From Dehalococcoidia bacterium (lineage in GTDB: Bacteria; Chloroflexota; Dehalococcoidia; Dehalococcoidales; JAUXAP01): DNA of 56,992 nucleotides. The translations under genes and the position numbers were made by a program. A model generated the notes under the pieces. The model saw nothing but the letters and a program-made list of their open reading frames with translations, had not been told where the DNA came from and searched no databases. Where the stretch lies: positions 1-56,992 of the forward strand of contig JAUXAP010000004.1 of NCBI GenBank assembly GCA_030619865.1, read 5' to 3'. Numbering within the stretch: position 1 is the stretch's first letter; each line of letters starts with the position of its first letter. Below, one piece after another: positions 19,564 to 29,595 of this stretch.

Positions 19564-20829
19564 ATGTTTGACAGAGTAGAAATAGTGGTGAAGGCGGGTA
19601 GCGGGGGTGACGGAGTGGTAAGCTTCAGGCGAGAGAAGTTTGTTCCCTTTGGCGGTCCTGATGGTGGTGATGGTGGTGATGGTGGTCATGTTATTATTAT
19701 GGCTGATTCCACTGTTACTAGCTTACGCAAATTCAAGCCCAAAAGGGTGTATAGATCGGCTGATGGTAAGGATGGAAAGGGTAAAAGGCAGCATGGCAAG
19801 AAGGGAGAAAACTTAATATTAACAGTTCCAGTAGGTACTGTAGTCGCATATAAGACACAAATAGGGGATGATACGCTTATTTCTGATTTGGAACAGCCTG
19901 ACCAGCAAATAGTGGTAGTTAAGGGTGGTAAAGGAGGATGGGGCAATGCCCATTTTGCTTCATCTACTAATCAGGCCCCACAGATTGCTCGGAAGGGAGA
20001 GGTTGGGGAGGAGCATTCCATAATATTAGAAATGAGGCTCATTGCTGATGTCGGTATCATTGGTCATCCTAACGCTGGCAAGTCCACCTTGTTGGCGACT
20101 GCTTCAGCTGCCAAACCTAAGATAGCTGACTATCCGTTTACTACTCGCGAGCCTATTTTGGGCGTAGCTGAAGTTGACCAACGAAACTTTGTCTTAGCTG
20201 AGATCCCGGGGCTAATAAATGGTGCCCACCTTGGGCGAGGGCTAGGCCACGATTTTCTGCGCCATATTATGCGTACCAAAATACTTATTCATTTGATAGA
20301 TGGTAGTTCTGTGTCTCCGGGGGAAAATATGATGCGAGTAAATGCTGAGCTTAGCCTATTTGATTCAGCTCTGGCACAAAAGCCACAGCTTGTGGTGATA
20401 AATAAAATTGATTTGCCCCAGGTGCAGGCTCGCTTAGCTGAGATAAAGGATACCTTTGGTAGCGCTGGAACTAAAGTCTTTTTCGTTTCGGCAGCAACCG
20501 GGGAAGGTGTTTCTCAGCTTATGGCTGAAACTTTAAAGTTGTTGAACCAGGTTGCTACTAAGGTAGAAACTGGTGGGAAGATTCCCAAGAAGGTCTTTCG
20601 CCCTCAGCCCAAGGATATTGATGCTAGTGTGCATAAGGAAGGAGATATCTTTGTCGTGGTGGCATCAGAGCTGGAGCACATGATTGTCAAGACAGATATG
20701 ACCAGACCTGAGGTGCGTTGGCAGCTCAAGGAGCAACTTGCCAGACTAGGGGTTAACAAGGCTTTGGAGAAGGCCGGGGTTAAGCCAGGGGACAAAGTTC
20801 GTTGTGGGAATTTAGAATGGAAATGGTAG
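19564..20829 (+). CDS. obg: GTPase Obg/CgtA
   Basis: FRREKFVPFGGPDGGDGG, GHPNAGKST, KIADYPFTT, NKID. Confidence 0.97.
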   Translation: MFDRVEIVVKAGSGGDGVVSFRREKFVPFGGPDGGDGGDGGHVIIMADSTVTSLRKFKPKRVYRSADGKDGKGKRQHGKKGENLILTVPVGTVVAYKTQIGDDTLISDLEQPDQQIVVVKGGKGGWGNAHFASSTNQAPQIARKGEVGEEHSIILEMRLIADVGIIGHPNAGKSTLLATASAAKPKIADYPFTTREPILGVAEVDQRNFVLAEIPGLINGAHLGRGLGHDFLRHIMRTKILIHLIDGSSVSPGENMMRVNAELSLFDSALAQKPQLVVINKIDLPQVQARLAEIKDTFGSAGTKVFFVSAATGEGVSQLMAETLKLLNQVATKVETGGKIPKKVFRPQPKDIDASVHKEGDIFVVVASELEHMIVKTDMTRPEVRWQLKEQLARLGVNKALEKAGVKPGDKVRCGNLEWKW

Positions 20830-20833
20830 TAAC

Positions 20834-21436
20834 ATGAATATGGGAGTACTGGGGGGGACTTTTGACCCCATCCATAATGGGCATCTTATTGTGGCTGAGG
20901 AGACAAGGACCCGGCTTAATTTGGCTGAGGTGCTGTTTGTGCCCGCTGGTCAGCCGTGGCTAAAGACGAACGTTTCTATTTTGCCTGCCGAACATCGTGT
21001 TCAAATGGTGCGCCTTGCTATTGCTGATAAACCCTACTTCAAGCTGTCTACTATAGAGATAGACCGGGCTGGTCTTTCCTATACTGTTGACACTATTGCT
21101 GAGTTGCAGGCTCAACTTGGTGCTGGGGATGAGCTTTTTTTCATTTTAGGTTGGGATAATTTAGCTGAACTCCCTCAGTGGAAGGAGCCATCCCGCCTTA
21201 TTAAAATGTGTCGTTTGTTGGTAGTCCCCAGAGTAGGCTATCCGATTCCCGACCTTAAACCTCTGGAAGCTATTATCCCCGGGTTATCTGAGCAGGTAGT
21301 TCTTCTGGATAAACCGGAAGTAGATATCAGTGCTTCCGTGATTAGGCAGCGAGCTGCCCAGGGCTTATCTATTCGCCACCTTGTCCCTAAGCCAGTAGAC
21401 GAATACATAAGACGACATAAACTGTATGTAACCTAA
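20834..21436 (+). CDS. nadD: Nicotinate-nucleotide adenylyltransferase
   Basis: GGTFDPIHNGH, SYTVDT, FILGWD, ISAS. Confidence 0.95.
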   Translation: MNMGVLGGTFDPIHNGHLIVAEETRTRLNLAEVLFVPAGQPWLKTNVSILPAEHRVQMVRLAIADKPYFKLSTIEIDRAGLSYTVDTIAELQAQLGAGDELFFILGWDNLAELPQWKEPSRLIKMCRLLVVPRVGYPIPDLKPLEAIIPGLSEQVVLLDKPEVDISASVIRQRAAQGLSIRHLVPKPVDEYIRRHKLYVT

Positions 21437-21449
21437 TAGGAGGTGTAGC

Positions 21450-22013
21450 GTGAAAGCTATTGGTGTTGTCGGTAGTCCGCGGAAGAATGGAAATACGGAA
21501 ATTCTAACCAAACACACCCTACAGGCTATAAAAGAGGAAGGATTGGACACAGAACTAATACGGTTGGCCGGCTTGGACATCCGACCGTGCGATGCCTGTA
21601 TGGTTTGCCGAGATGAAGAGCGGTGTCCTATCGATGATGACCTGTTCCCGCTGTATATTAAGATAAAAGAGGCTGAGGCTATAATATTGGCTTCGCCAGT
21701 ATACTACGGTTCAGCAACAGCTTTACTAAAAGCGTTCATGGAAAGAACCGGCTATATAGGTCAACGTAGGAAGGTGTTTGCCGGGAAGGTGGGCGGACCC
21801 CTGGTTGTAGCCCGCCGAGCCGGGCAGAATTTTACCTTCGCCCAGATTATGTATTGGTTTCATATCCTGGGATTCTTTATGCCCAGTTCCACATACTGGA
21901 ATATTGCCTTTGGCCGTGAGAAGGGGGAGGTTAGGGAAGATGAGGAAGGGATGACCACAGCCTGGAACTTCGGCAAAAATATAGCTTTTCTGGTGAAGAA
22001 GCTAAAGGCTTAG
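21450..22013 (+). CDS. Iron-sulfur flavoprotein (flavodoxin family)
   Basis: GSPRKNGNT, CDACMVC....C, ASPVYYG. Confidence 0.88.
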   Translation: MKAIGVVGSPRKNGNTEILTKHTLQAIKEEGLDTELIRLAGLDIRPCDACMVCRDEERCPIDDDLFPLYIKIKEAEAIILASPVYYGSATALLKAFMERTGYIGQRRKVFAGKVGGPLVVARRAGQNFTFAQIMYWFHILGFFMPSSTYWNIAFGREKGEVREDEEGMTTAWNFGKNIAFLVKKLKA

Positions 22014-22032
22014 TCCTTGGAGTGGGAAAGGC

Positions 22033-22353
22033 TTAACTTTCCGGCTGTCTACCTGTGCTAAAACTCCCCATCTGATGGATATGTTCTGGCACGTATGGTA
22101 ATAGGGCTAAGTGCCGTGCTCTCTTTATGGCCACCGCTAAGGCACGCTGATGTTTAGCGCAAGTGCCGGTTCTACGTGGGGGCTCTATCTTTCCTCTATC
22201 CGATATGAAGCGACGTAGCTTCTCAGGGTCTTTATAGTCTATCGTCTTGACCTTATTAACACAGAAGGAACAAGGCCTGCGCCTGGGTATATATCTTGCC
22301 CCATTTCGCCTTCTTCTGAACTTTGATTTGCTAGGTTGTTTTTGTTTAGCCAC
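22033..22353 (-). CDS. rpsR: 30S ribosomal protein S18
   Basis: [31 protein letters not shown]. Confidence 0.97.
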   Translation of the reverse strand: MAKQKQPSKSKFRRRRNGARYIPRRRPCSFCVNKVKTIDYKDPEKLRRFISDRGKIEPPRRTGTCAKHQRALAVAIKRARHLALLPYVPEHIHQMGSFSTGRQPES

Positions 22354-22389
22354 TCGTTTTAAACTTCTACTCCTTTAATCAACTAAATT

Positions 22390-22806
22390 CTAGTTTTCCT
22401 GAAAGGGGATATCCTCTGGTTCTATTTCACCAGCCTCACCTTCCTCAGTCTTCTCCTCAGGAAGTGGGGCTGCTGCCTGCCTATCAAGAAAAGTCACCCT
22501 ATTGGCTATTATTTCGGTTCGATAATGCTTTTGCCCATCCTGACTCTCCCAGCTGCGCGTATGTAGCCTACCCTCGGTGTAGACCAGCCGACCCTTAGTC
22601 AGAAACTGGTTGCATTGTTCGGCTAGCTTTCCCCAAGCGACTACAGTAAACCACTCTGTCTCTTCTTTACGCTCACCCTCAGGAGTAGTGTACACTCGAT
22701 TAGTAGCCACGCGAAACGAAGTTACCGGATTGCCTTTTGGGGTGAAGCGCATTTCAGGTTCACTCCCAAGATTACCGATAATCATTACTTTATTTAAACT
22801 TGCCAT
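22390..22806 (-). CDS. ssb: Single-stranded DNA-binding protein
   Basis: LNKVMIIGNLG, ETEWF, EGRLHTRSW, acidic DIPF tail. Confidence 0.97.
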   Translation of the reverse strand: MASLNKVMIIGNLGSEPEMRFTPKGNPVTSFRVATNRVYTTPEGERKEETEWFTVVAWGKLAEQCNQFLTKGRLVYTEGRLHTRSWESQDGQKHYRTEIIANRVTFLDRQAAAPLPEEKTEEGEAGEIEPEDIPFQEN

Positions 22807-22863
22807 TTTCTTAACACTCCTTTTGCCTTCCCAAACATCTTGGGAAATAGGCATTCCTCCCGA

Positions 22864-23196
22864 TTAACTACTCAATCTTATCAACAGGTGCCGCAGAACA
22901 TCTTCAGAAATCTGCAGATTCGCTTCCAGTTCTTTGCTTAATGTAGGCTTCAATTTGAACTGAGTCAACACATAATTACCCTCCATAAAATGTTCTATTG
23001 GATAGGCAAGTCTTCTTTTACCCCGCCGTTCTGTATTGGAAAGAGTACCTCCGTTCCCCGTAATAAACTGGCTTATGTTATCTATTATACTATCAAATTT
23101 CTCTTCTACAACCTCTGGATTAATAATTAATACTAGTTCGTAGTCCCGTAACTGCTCTTCTTTTACCTTTGCTCTTGTTCTTTTCTTAGATACCAC
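22864..23196 (-). CDS. rpsF: 30S ribosomal protein S6
   Basis: RDYELVLII.P, GKRRLAYPI, VLRHL; rpsF-ssb-rpsR order. Confidence 0.96.
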   Translation of the reverse strand: MVSKKRTRAKVKEEQLRDYELVLIINPEVVEEKFDSIIDNISQFITGNGGTLSNTERRGKRRLAYPIEHFMEGNYVLTQFKLKPTLSKELEANLQISEDVLRHLLIRLSS

Positions 23197-23347
23197 TTGT
23201 TCCTCCTAAAATTTCACACTGTATTATTTTATACTAAGGGATATGAGGAATACAAGTCCACACACACCGAATACTAACTAGCTTGACACAATATATTGCT
23301 CCTGATAGACTTTAGCTAACTAGAGGATTTAATTATTAAATCAGAAT

Positions 23348-23424
23348 GGCCCCGTGGTGTAGCGGACTAACATGCCACCCTGTCACGGTGGAGATCGGGG
23401 GTTCAAATCCCCCCGGGGTCGCCA
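23348..23424 (+). tRNA. tRNA-Asp(GTC)
   Basis: Cloverleaf; anticodon arm ccacc-ctGTCac-ggtgg; CCA end. Confidence 0.97.
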
Positions 23425-23567
23425 GATTGTGTAAACTTAGCTCTGCCAATCTTGCCTCACGTAACAGGTTTTGTTCTGGAATTAATCCCCCTCTGCTTAA
23501 CGAATGCCAAGACATAATAAACCTGTACTGTGGATTTTCGGTAAGAGGCAAAATCTATCGTAGCCTG

Positions 23568-26081
23568 CTAAAATTTCAGCTTGAAAGTTGCTATCTCAAA
23601 AGGTCTCAGTTCAATTACCTCTCCAGCTGGCTTTTCCTTCTCTTCCATAATGTTTGTGGCTAATATTTTTTTCGGTTTTTTCGAAAAGCTCAGGCTCAAC
23701 TTGGTCGGCTTGCCACACGTTTCATAGCACCTTAGTATGACACAAGTCCCATCTTCAGACTGCTTCAGACGCGAAATTATTATGTTCTCCGGAAGGCTCA
23801 AGAAGGAAGGCTTACCGGCTGATACCCTCTTCTCATGATTTTGTTCCGTAACATAGGCATGTGTCAGCGGGTTTACGAAATTTAGAGCTTCCCTCCAGAC
23901 TTTGTTGTCTACGCAGCTTCCCTCATGGGGATAGGCAGCAAAGCTAAACTCGTATTCCCTGTCCAGTTCCAGGGCATCTGGCACGGGTGTTATAGGACCC
24001 TTATCGCCGTGGGAGATAAGATTTACAGACCTTAAGAGCGTAAGGTAAATGTCCTCTCCGGTTACTTGATAGCCCGGGATTCCACGTGTGAACACCGTGA
24101 CTCTGCGGTCTTCGTTCCCATAGTCTACCCAATCCTCCATAGGGAAGTCTCTTGGCTCTCTTTTTCTTTCGATGATGCCGAAGGTTGTATTCGCAAAGCA
24201 CTTTCCCTCTGAGATGCCGGTGCCAAATTTCGCTCTAAGTCTTATATGGGGGAAGTGGCTTTTTAGCCTAACTTTAAACTCAACCCAGGGTATCCCTTCA
24301 TAGAGACGTGCTTCCTTCTCAATTGTCATCAGGTTTTGACGGCGAAGCTCTACCCCGTAGTGTTCTCTGAGCCTATAGGGCCAGTAGCAACCATAAACCT
24401 CCTCGGTGAGGAGTATCTTCTTACATACCTTGCCCTCTTCGACTCTGCAATCTGTAATCTCGAAAATAGGCTTGTGAGACGATATATCACCTTCAGCCCC
24501 AACAAGCCCGACCAGCTCTTTTGAGATATCCTTATGACTATAGACGGACCCAACCTCGTTCTCCAGTTCAAGCCTGACTTCACTTACAACTTCATTTCCT
24601 TTAGTATCGAGAATTCTGAATATTCCATTAAGTGGGTTAACCTCTAGCCTGAGGTGCGTGTTTTCGATAAAGCGTCTTCCGTGTATAGGTCTACTGGTGA
24701 AGGTTGTTGTTGATGGTGCTGGTAAAATTCGGTAAACTTTATAACCCAAGGGTGGGACCTGAGCGATAAAGCCTACTTTAGCTCTTCTAAGCCACCCATG
24801 CGTGTCGTCCCTATCCTCCTCGATAAGCTCCCATTCTGCATCCTCAATCCTAAAGCCCGTTAACCTTTCCTCCCTTGGGAAGTCGGCTTCCACTTCAACA
24901 TATCCCTTAGTCTCGAAGCTATTTGGATTGAACACGACGAAAGCCCTGTCTTCACAGTCTATTTGAGAGGCTATGTAATTCAGCGAACTTGCTAGAAGTG
25001 GAGCGAGAATGGCTTTCAAGGTTCCAAAGTCTTCTCTAACCTCCTCAAAAACTTCATCAATAGATGTGCCGGTGATGACATCGTGGAAGGCTAGGAAAAG
25101 AATCCTGTCCCAAGCCTCTTTGAGTTCCTCCCGTGGGTAGTGATTCCCAAGGAGCCAGGCAATGGTTGAAAACTTTTCCGTATTTAATATCAAGTTTTTG
25201 ACTTTGTAGTATTCCAGCTTTATCCACATCCGTGTGCTCCAGACACCATCGAACACTCTGTCCCCTTGGTACATCTCCCCCTCTTCAACCTTAAGCTTAT
25301 CAGCCTCTTTTTCTAAAGCATGGAAGAACTCCTGTGGTGAAGCCATTCTTATCTTGTAGCCGGAGCTTTTTGCATTAAGGTCATCGATTTCTTTGAGAAT
25401 CCATTCTGGAAACGGGCAACTACCAAAGCCGCAAGGCATGAGTATATTCTTCCCGGCAGCATATCCTTTCAACTCTTCTACGTTTTCGGCGAGATATTCG
25501 GCAAAGAGTCCAGCATGATAGCTCTGGTCTGAGGCGAAGTAGTGGCTCAGGATCTTTGTCCCATCCAAGCCTTTCCACCAAAACTCGCTTTTGCCAAGCT
25601 TTCTATCGTAACCTCTACCAAAGGCCAACCACTTATATCCAGTGTCCCTATAGATTTGGGGGATTTGGGCATTCAGTCCGAAGGAATCTGTTATCCACCC
25701 AACCTTAACATCCACCCCAAGCTTGTCCTTGGCATACCTTTTGCCCCTCAAAATCTCAGATATAAGAACCTCCCCGCCTGGCAAGAAGCAGTCTGCCATA
25801 AAGTACTGACCATCAATGATTTCAATTCTTCCTCTGGCTACTTCCTGCTTGACCTTTTTGAAGAGTTCAGGATCCAGACGCTCAATCTCTTCAAGCTGGT
25901 AGACATCTTCAACACCAAATCTAAACCCTGGGAAGAGGGAGCAAAGGGTTACTACCTGTCTGAAAAGCCTGAGGTTTATATAAGAGTAGTCTTTCCGGTT
26001 AAACTTCCAAACAGCGTCGTAGTGAAAGTGAGGAAAGAAGATAACCTGCTTAGCTTTTTCTCGGCTACGATTCTTATCCAT
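23568..26081 (-). CDS. Glycoside hydrolase family 38 alpha-mannosidase
   Basis: HFHYDAVW, W.TDSFG, FHDVITGTS, LTLLRS, LRPFEIAT. Confidence 0.9.
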   Translation of the reverse strand: MDKNRSREKAKQVIFFPHFHYDAVWKFNRKDYSYINLRLFRQVVTLCSLFPGFRFGVEDVYQLEEIERLDPELFKKVKQEVARGRIEIIDGQYFMADCFLPGGEVLISEILRGKRYAKDKLGVDVKVGWITDSFGLNAQIPQIYRDTGYKWLAFGRGYDRKLGKSEFWWKGLDGTKILSHYFASDQSYHAGLFAEYLAENVEELKGYAAGKNILMPCGFGSCPFPEWILKEIDDLNAKSSGYKIRMASPQEFFHALEKEADKLKVEEGEMYQGDRVFDGVWSTRMWIKLEYYKVKNLILNTEKFSTIAWLLGNHYPREELKEAWDRILFLAFHDVITGTSIDEVFEEVREDFGTLKAILAPLLASSLNYIASQIDCEDRAFVVFNPNSFETKGYVEVEADFPREERLTGFRIEDAEWELIEEDRDDTHGWLRRAKVGFIAQVPPLGYKVYRILPAPSTTTFTSRPIHGRRFIENTHLRLEVNPLNGIFRILDTKGNEVVSEVRLELENEVGSVYSHKDISKELVGLVGAEGDISSHKPIFEITDCRVEEGKVCKKILLTEEVYGCYWPYRLREHYGVELRRQNLMTIEKEARLYEGIPWVEFKVRLKSHFPHIRLRAKFGTGISEGKCFANTTFGIIERKREPRDFPMEDWVDYGNEDRRVTVFTRGIPGYQVTGEDIYLTLLRSVNLISHGDKGPITPVPDALELDREYEFSFAAYPHEGSCVDNKVWREALNFVNPLTHAYVTEQNHEKRVSAGKPSFLSLPENIIISRLKQSEDGTCVILRCYETCGKPTKLSLSFSKKPKKILATNIMEEKEKPAGEVIELRPFEIATFKLKF

Positions 26082-26308
26082 TTTTTACCTTGCCCTCCAA
26101 TTTATTTTGCTAAAGCCTTGCTCCTCACATACTGAGTGACCACGTTCCTAATTCTGCAGTGGAACCCTCAACTCGAGATTAACCCGGCTTGCCCGGCTTT
26201 CTTTGAGCTACTTGATTCTCACCTCAAGATGTTATTTCTAGAAGTCACAGAAGGACAAGTATCATGCGCTAAAAGGCTACATTTTTATGGGGCCGGCGGA
26301 ACATAATA

Positions 26309-27136
26309 TCAGGAGATACGGCCAAAGTGATACCCCATCCATCCAATAACCTTGATTATTACCGCTAGTAATAGAGTTTGGAGGCCAGCCACTATAGGAC
26401 GTCCAAAAGAGGGGCCGAATGCCATTTTCTTTCTAAGCAGATTCCCATAATACGATTTCTCGATAGCTCTCAGTGATGCTCCGTATCTATACTGTGTTTT
26501 CCAAAGCTTTCCCCAGTCAGGCTCTATGTCATAGATAGCATTTCGCAGACCACCTACCCTTTGTGAGACCTTGTAACTCTCATAGTAAATGGTGGCATGG
26601 TCAGGATGGATTGTGTCTGGTATTAACTCCTCAGGTATCGCAGCGAAGGCCTTTTCCAGAATCTCCCTTTTGAAGAACCTTGGTAGAAAAGGCCCTCTAG
26701 TTGGGTCAAAAGCACCGGGCTTCCCAAAGCGAGCATTAATTACCTGCTTTGAGGCACTATGTAGTTTCGGGATAAACCACTCAGTGTTGTAAGACTGTGT
26801 CTCGAAGACTACCATATCGTAGTCAGCCATCATACCTACAGCCCTTTCAATAGCCGTAGGTTCCAGGATTTGGTCGGTATCCACAAAGACTACAAATGAC
26901 CCTTTGGATTCCTTCAAACCTAGATATCTAGCAGCCAGCAGCTTTCCCTCGCATAAGATAACCCTAGCCTGATAACTGGCCGCAATATCTCTTGTGCTAT
27001 CTGTTGAGTGACTATCAATAACTAGGGTCTCAATATTTGGATAGGTCTGCTTGGCAACTCCTTCCAGGCAGGAAGGAATCATCTTCTCCGAGTTGTAACT
27101 TGGGATGGTTATTGATACCAGCGACGTATTTCCCAT
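26309..27136 (-). CDS. Glycosyltransferase family 2
   Basis: VSITIPSYN, IDSHSTD, FVDTD (DxD). Confidence 0.88.
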   Translation of the reverse strand: MGNTSLVSITIPSYNSEKMIPSCLEGVAKQTYPNIETLVIDSHSTDSTRDIAASYQARVILCEGKLLAARYLGLKESKGSFVVFVDTDQILEPTAIERAVGMMADYDMVVFETQSYNTEWFIPKLHSASKQVINARFGKPGAFDPTRGPFLPRFFKREILEKAFAAIPEELIPDTIHPDHATIYYESYKVSQRVGGLRNAIYDIEPDWGKLWKTQYRYGASLRAIEKSYYGNLLRKKMAFGPSFGRPIVAGLQTLLLAVIIKVIGWMGYHFGRIS

Positions 27137-27146
27137 TTCCCACTTC

Positions 27147-28091
27147 TCAAACTGGTTTCCCAGGCAGATTCCCAACAGCAACCCCAATAACTCTGTCAGC
27201 AGCACCATAGTATAGGGCTAGCTTGTCATCAAGGACAGCTGCCCCGCAGGAGAATACTACATTTGGCGTACCACTTAAGGGGGAGAATACTATACTTGAA
27301 GAACCGCTTGAGAGCTCATAATCTTCCACCGGCTCCAAAATAGGCTCATCACACCTCGCCTCTACAATCTCGGGATGGTCCTTATCTAGCAGGACACAGC
27401 CAAGGCGATATGTCCATGTCTCGGCTTTAACACCATGATAAAGTAGAAGCCATCCTTCTTCAAGTTCGATAGGCGGTCCTGCCACTCCCACCTTGGCGTC
27501 ATCCCAGCGAAAAGAGCGTGGTATCAGGATCTCCTTGTGGTCGTACCAGTGGATGCTATCGTAGCAGTACGAGAGCCATATGTTCTGTGCCATTGTGACC
27601 GGTCGGTGTAATAGTGCTAACTTGCCCTCAATCTTTCTCGGAAAGTAAGTAGCATTTCTGTTATGAATGCTAACCATTATCGGCAGGACAAGTCTGTGTC
27701 TGCTCCATCTCCATCTATTCTCTATGAAATCGCTTACAGAAATATGAGATTCGGCGACACGGGCCATATCTTTGTCTTTAGCTGCGTAAATCATGTATAT
27801 TCTGTCGTCAATGGCTACCAGCCGTGGGTCCTCTACCCCGCCAGCCTCAAACCATTCTTCTGGCGAGAAGACAGGATCGGTAAGACGCTCCTCTACCGCA
27901 TCTATATTTTTTAGCCTGGCATAACCCAGGCGTGCGATGCCATCCTCACCATGAGCACGATAGAGAAGATGAATCTTGCCCCCTAGTTGTATCACCCCGG
28001 GGTTGAAGACAAGTTTATTCTCCCACCACTTATCCGTAGGACCTAAAATTGGGTTCTTTTTACTCCTCGTAAGTTTTAAGTCAAGGTCCAT
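27147..28091 (-). CDS. GH130-like beta-mannoside phosphorylase/glycosidase (5-bladed propeller)
   Basis: NPIL, VFNPG, LLYRA, GVEDPR, LLHRP, WLLLYHG, NVVFSCG, YYGAAD. Confidence 0.85.
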   Translation of the reverse strand: MDLDLKLTRSKKNPILGPTDKWWENKLVFNPGVIQLGGKIHLLYRAHGEDGIARLGYARLKNIDAVEERLTDPVFSPEEWFEAGGVEDPRLVAIDDRIYMIYAAKDKDMARVAESHISVSDFIENRWRWSRHRLVLPIMVSIHNRNATYFPRKIEGKLALLHRPVTMAQNIWLSYCYDSIHWYDHKEILIPRSFRWDDAKVGVAGPPIELEEGWLLLYHGVKAETWTYRLGCVLLDKDHPEIVEARCDEPILEPVEDYELSSGSSSIVFSPLSGTPNVVFSCGAAVLDDKLALYYGAADRVIGVAVGNLPGKPV

Positions 28092-28256
28092 ATCTTCTCT
28101 AGGAAACAAATTTTGCCTCGAATAAACCCGCTTGCTACGGTGTGCTCATCTGAGGCAGCACACCGCCAGTATATCTGATGCTGAGGGTCAAAACAAGTCA
28201 ATAACGCGATGACAGGAAGTCACTATTTTATAGGGCTATTATGTCTCTGTTTATCT

Positions 28257-29591
28257 CTATGTCGGTGGAGTTGATACTAGGTGATAGTGTCTGCGGAATA
28301 AGAACAGGGCAGCTATTACAGCTATTAGGGTCTGAGTAGCTATCCAGCCCACTCCTACACCGAGAAGCCCCATGCTGGTCATCAAAATATACCCTGACCC
28401 CAGAGCAATACAAGCAATAGAGGCTGATACGAGTATCACCCCTGTGATATTCTTCTCCACCCTCAGCACACTCAAGTAAATGTAGTTGATGCCAACAGGA
28501 ATGGTGGAGAACGCTAGGATACGAAGGAGCGTAGTCCCACTTTCAGAGTAGGAGCTTCCGAAGAGAAGCAGTAACTTATCACTCAAGGTAAATAATGCCG
28601 CAATCACTGGAACCAGAATCAGCAGACATAGCTTCACAGACTTCAGGGTATTAGACTGGAGCAGGTACTCATTGTGAGATCCCTCGGCGAAGAGAGAATA
28701 AGATACTGCCATGGGGATGGCGAACAGCATCTGAGCGATAGCCCAGGGAATGTAAAAGTAGGCATTCGTCTCGGCACCAAGGGTGTTCACCACCATCAAA
28801 GGGAAAAGCATAAGAGGGGCAAACCACAGCAGTTCGGCAATGTAGTTGCCTAGTGAGAAGTGAGTCATATCCTTGACCGCCTTTTTGCTCACTAAAGGAA
28901 TAGGGATGTATCCTTGCTGCGCTCGGGGCAAGAACCACAACAGTGCTACAGCTAACGCCACGAATATAGCCAGCCCCAATGAAATGATGACGCCGAAGGC
29001 ACTGAGGGAAGCTACGAGCGCTATTGCAGCCACTATTTTGACCATGCCAGCGGCAGCATTCTTGAAGAGAACAAACTTGGCACGGCGTCTGGCGATAAAG
29101 GCTTGGTCTATAAGCATGAAGAGGGTGTATGCTATGGTGAGGAGTACAAAGAAGACGAGGAGCCCTGGGTCGCGAATATAAAGGAGGGCGGGTGACCACA
29201 GGTTGAGGCCAGCAATGAAGACTAACGCAGCCACCAGCGACGTTAGTCCGGCGACGGTGAAGCAGGAGTTTATCAAGGTGCTGGCCCTTTCTCCAGCACT
29301 GGGGAGGAAGCGTATCAAGCCATAGCCAAACCCCAGACCTGACAGCCTTGCTAGGAGGAGCACAGCCGCAATGGTAGCGGAAGCCAGCCCAACTTGAACA
29401 GGGGTGTAAAGCCTTGCTGCCAGTGCCCAAAAAGCAAAGCCGAGGAGGGAGACAATGACAGTATCCGCCACCAGGTAGCCGGCGTTGGCATAGAGAGGTA
29501 TGCTCAGGAGACCTTTCAGCCCTTCCCTGGAGGTGATTACTCTGACAGCATTAGCCAACATGCCATTTATATTCAAGCTCGGTACCTCCAC
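28257..29591 (-). CDS. Oligosaccharide flippase (Wzx/MATE-like)
   Basis: About 12 TM segments; LGFAFWALAARLY...VG, GLIRFLP. Confidence 0.85.
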   Translation of the reverse strand: MEVPSLNINGMLANAVRVITSREGLKGLLSIPLYANAGYLVADTVIVSLLGFAFWALAARLYTPVQVGLASATIAAVLLLARLSGLGFGYGLIRFLPSAGERASTLINSCFTVAGLTSLVAALVFIAGLNLWSPALLYIRDPGLLVFFVLLTIAYTLFMLIDQAFIARRRAKFVLFKNAAAGMVKIVAAIALVASLSAFGVIISLGLAIFVALAVALLWFLPRAQQGYIPIPLVSKKAVKDMTHFSLGNYIAELLWFAPLMLFPLMVVNTLGAETNAYFYIPWAIAQMLFAIPMAVSYSLFAEGSHNEYLLQSNTLKSVKLCLLILVPVIAALFTLSDKLLLLFGSSYSESGTTLLRILAFSTIPVGINYIYLSVLRVEKNITGVILVSASIACIALGSGYILMTSMGLLGVGVGWIATQTLIAVIAALFLFRRHYHLVSTPPT

Positions 29592-29595
29592 ACGC

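Noticed and set aside
19655-19690. ggtggtgat tandem repeats
   Set aside because: They encode the normal Gly-rich Obg motif GGDGGDGG
23346-23663. ORFs overlapping tRNA-Asp (23346-23663 + and 23336-23551 -)
   Set aside because: Shadow ORFs across a clear tRNA
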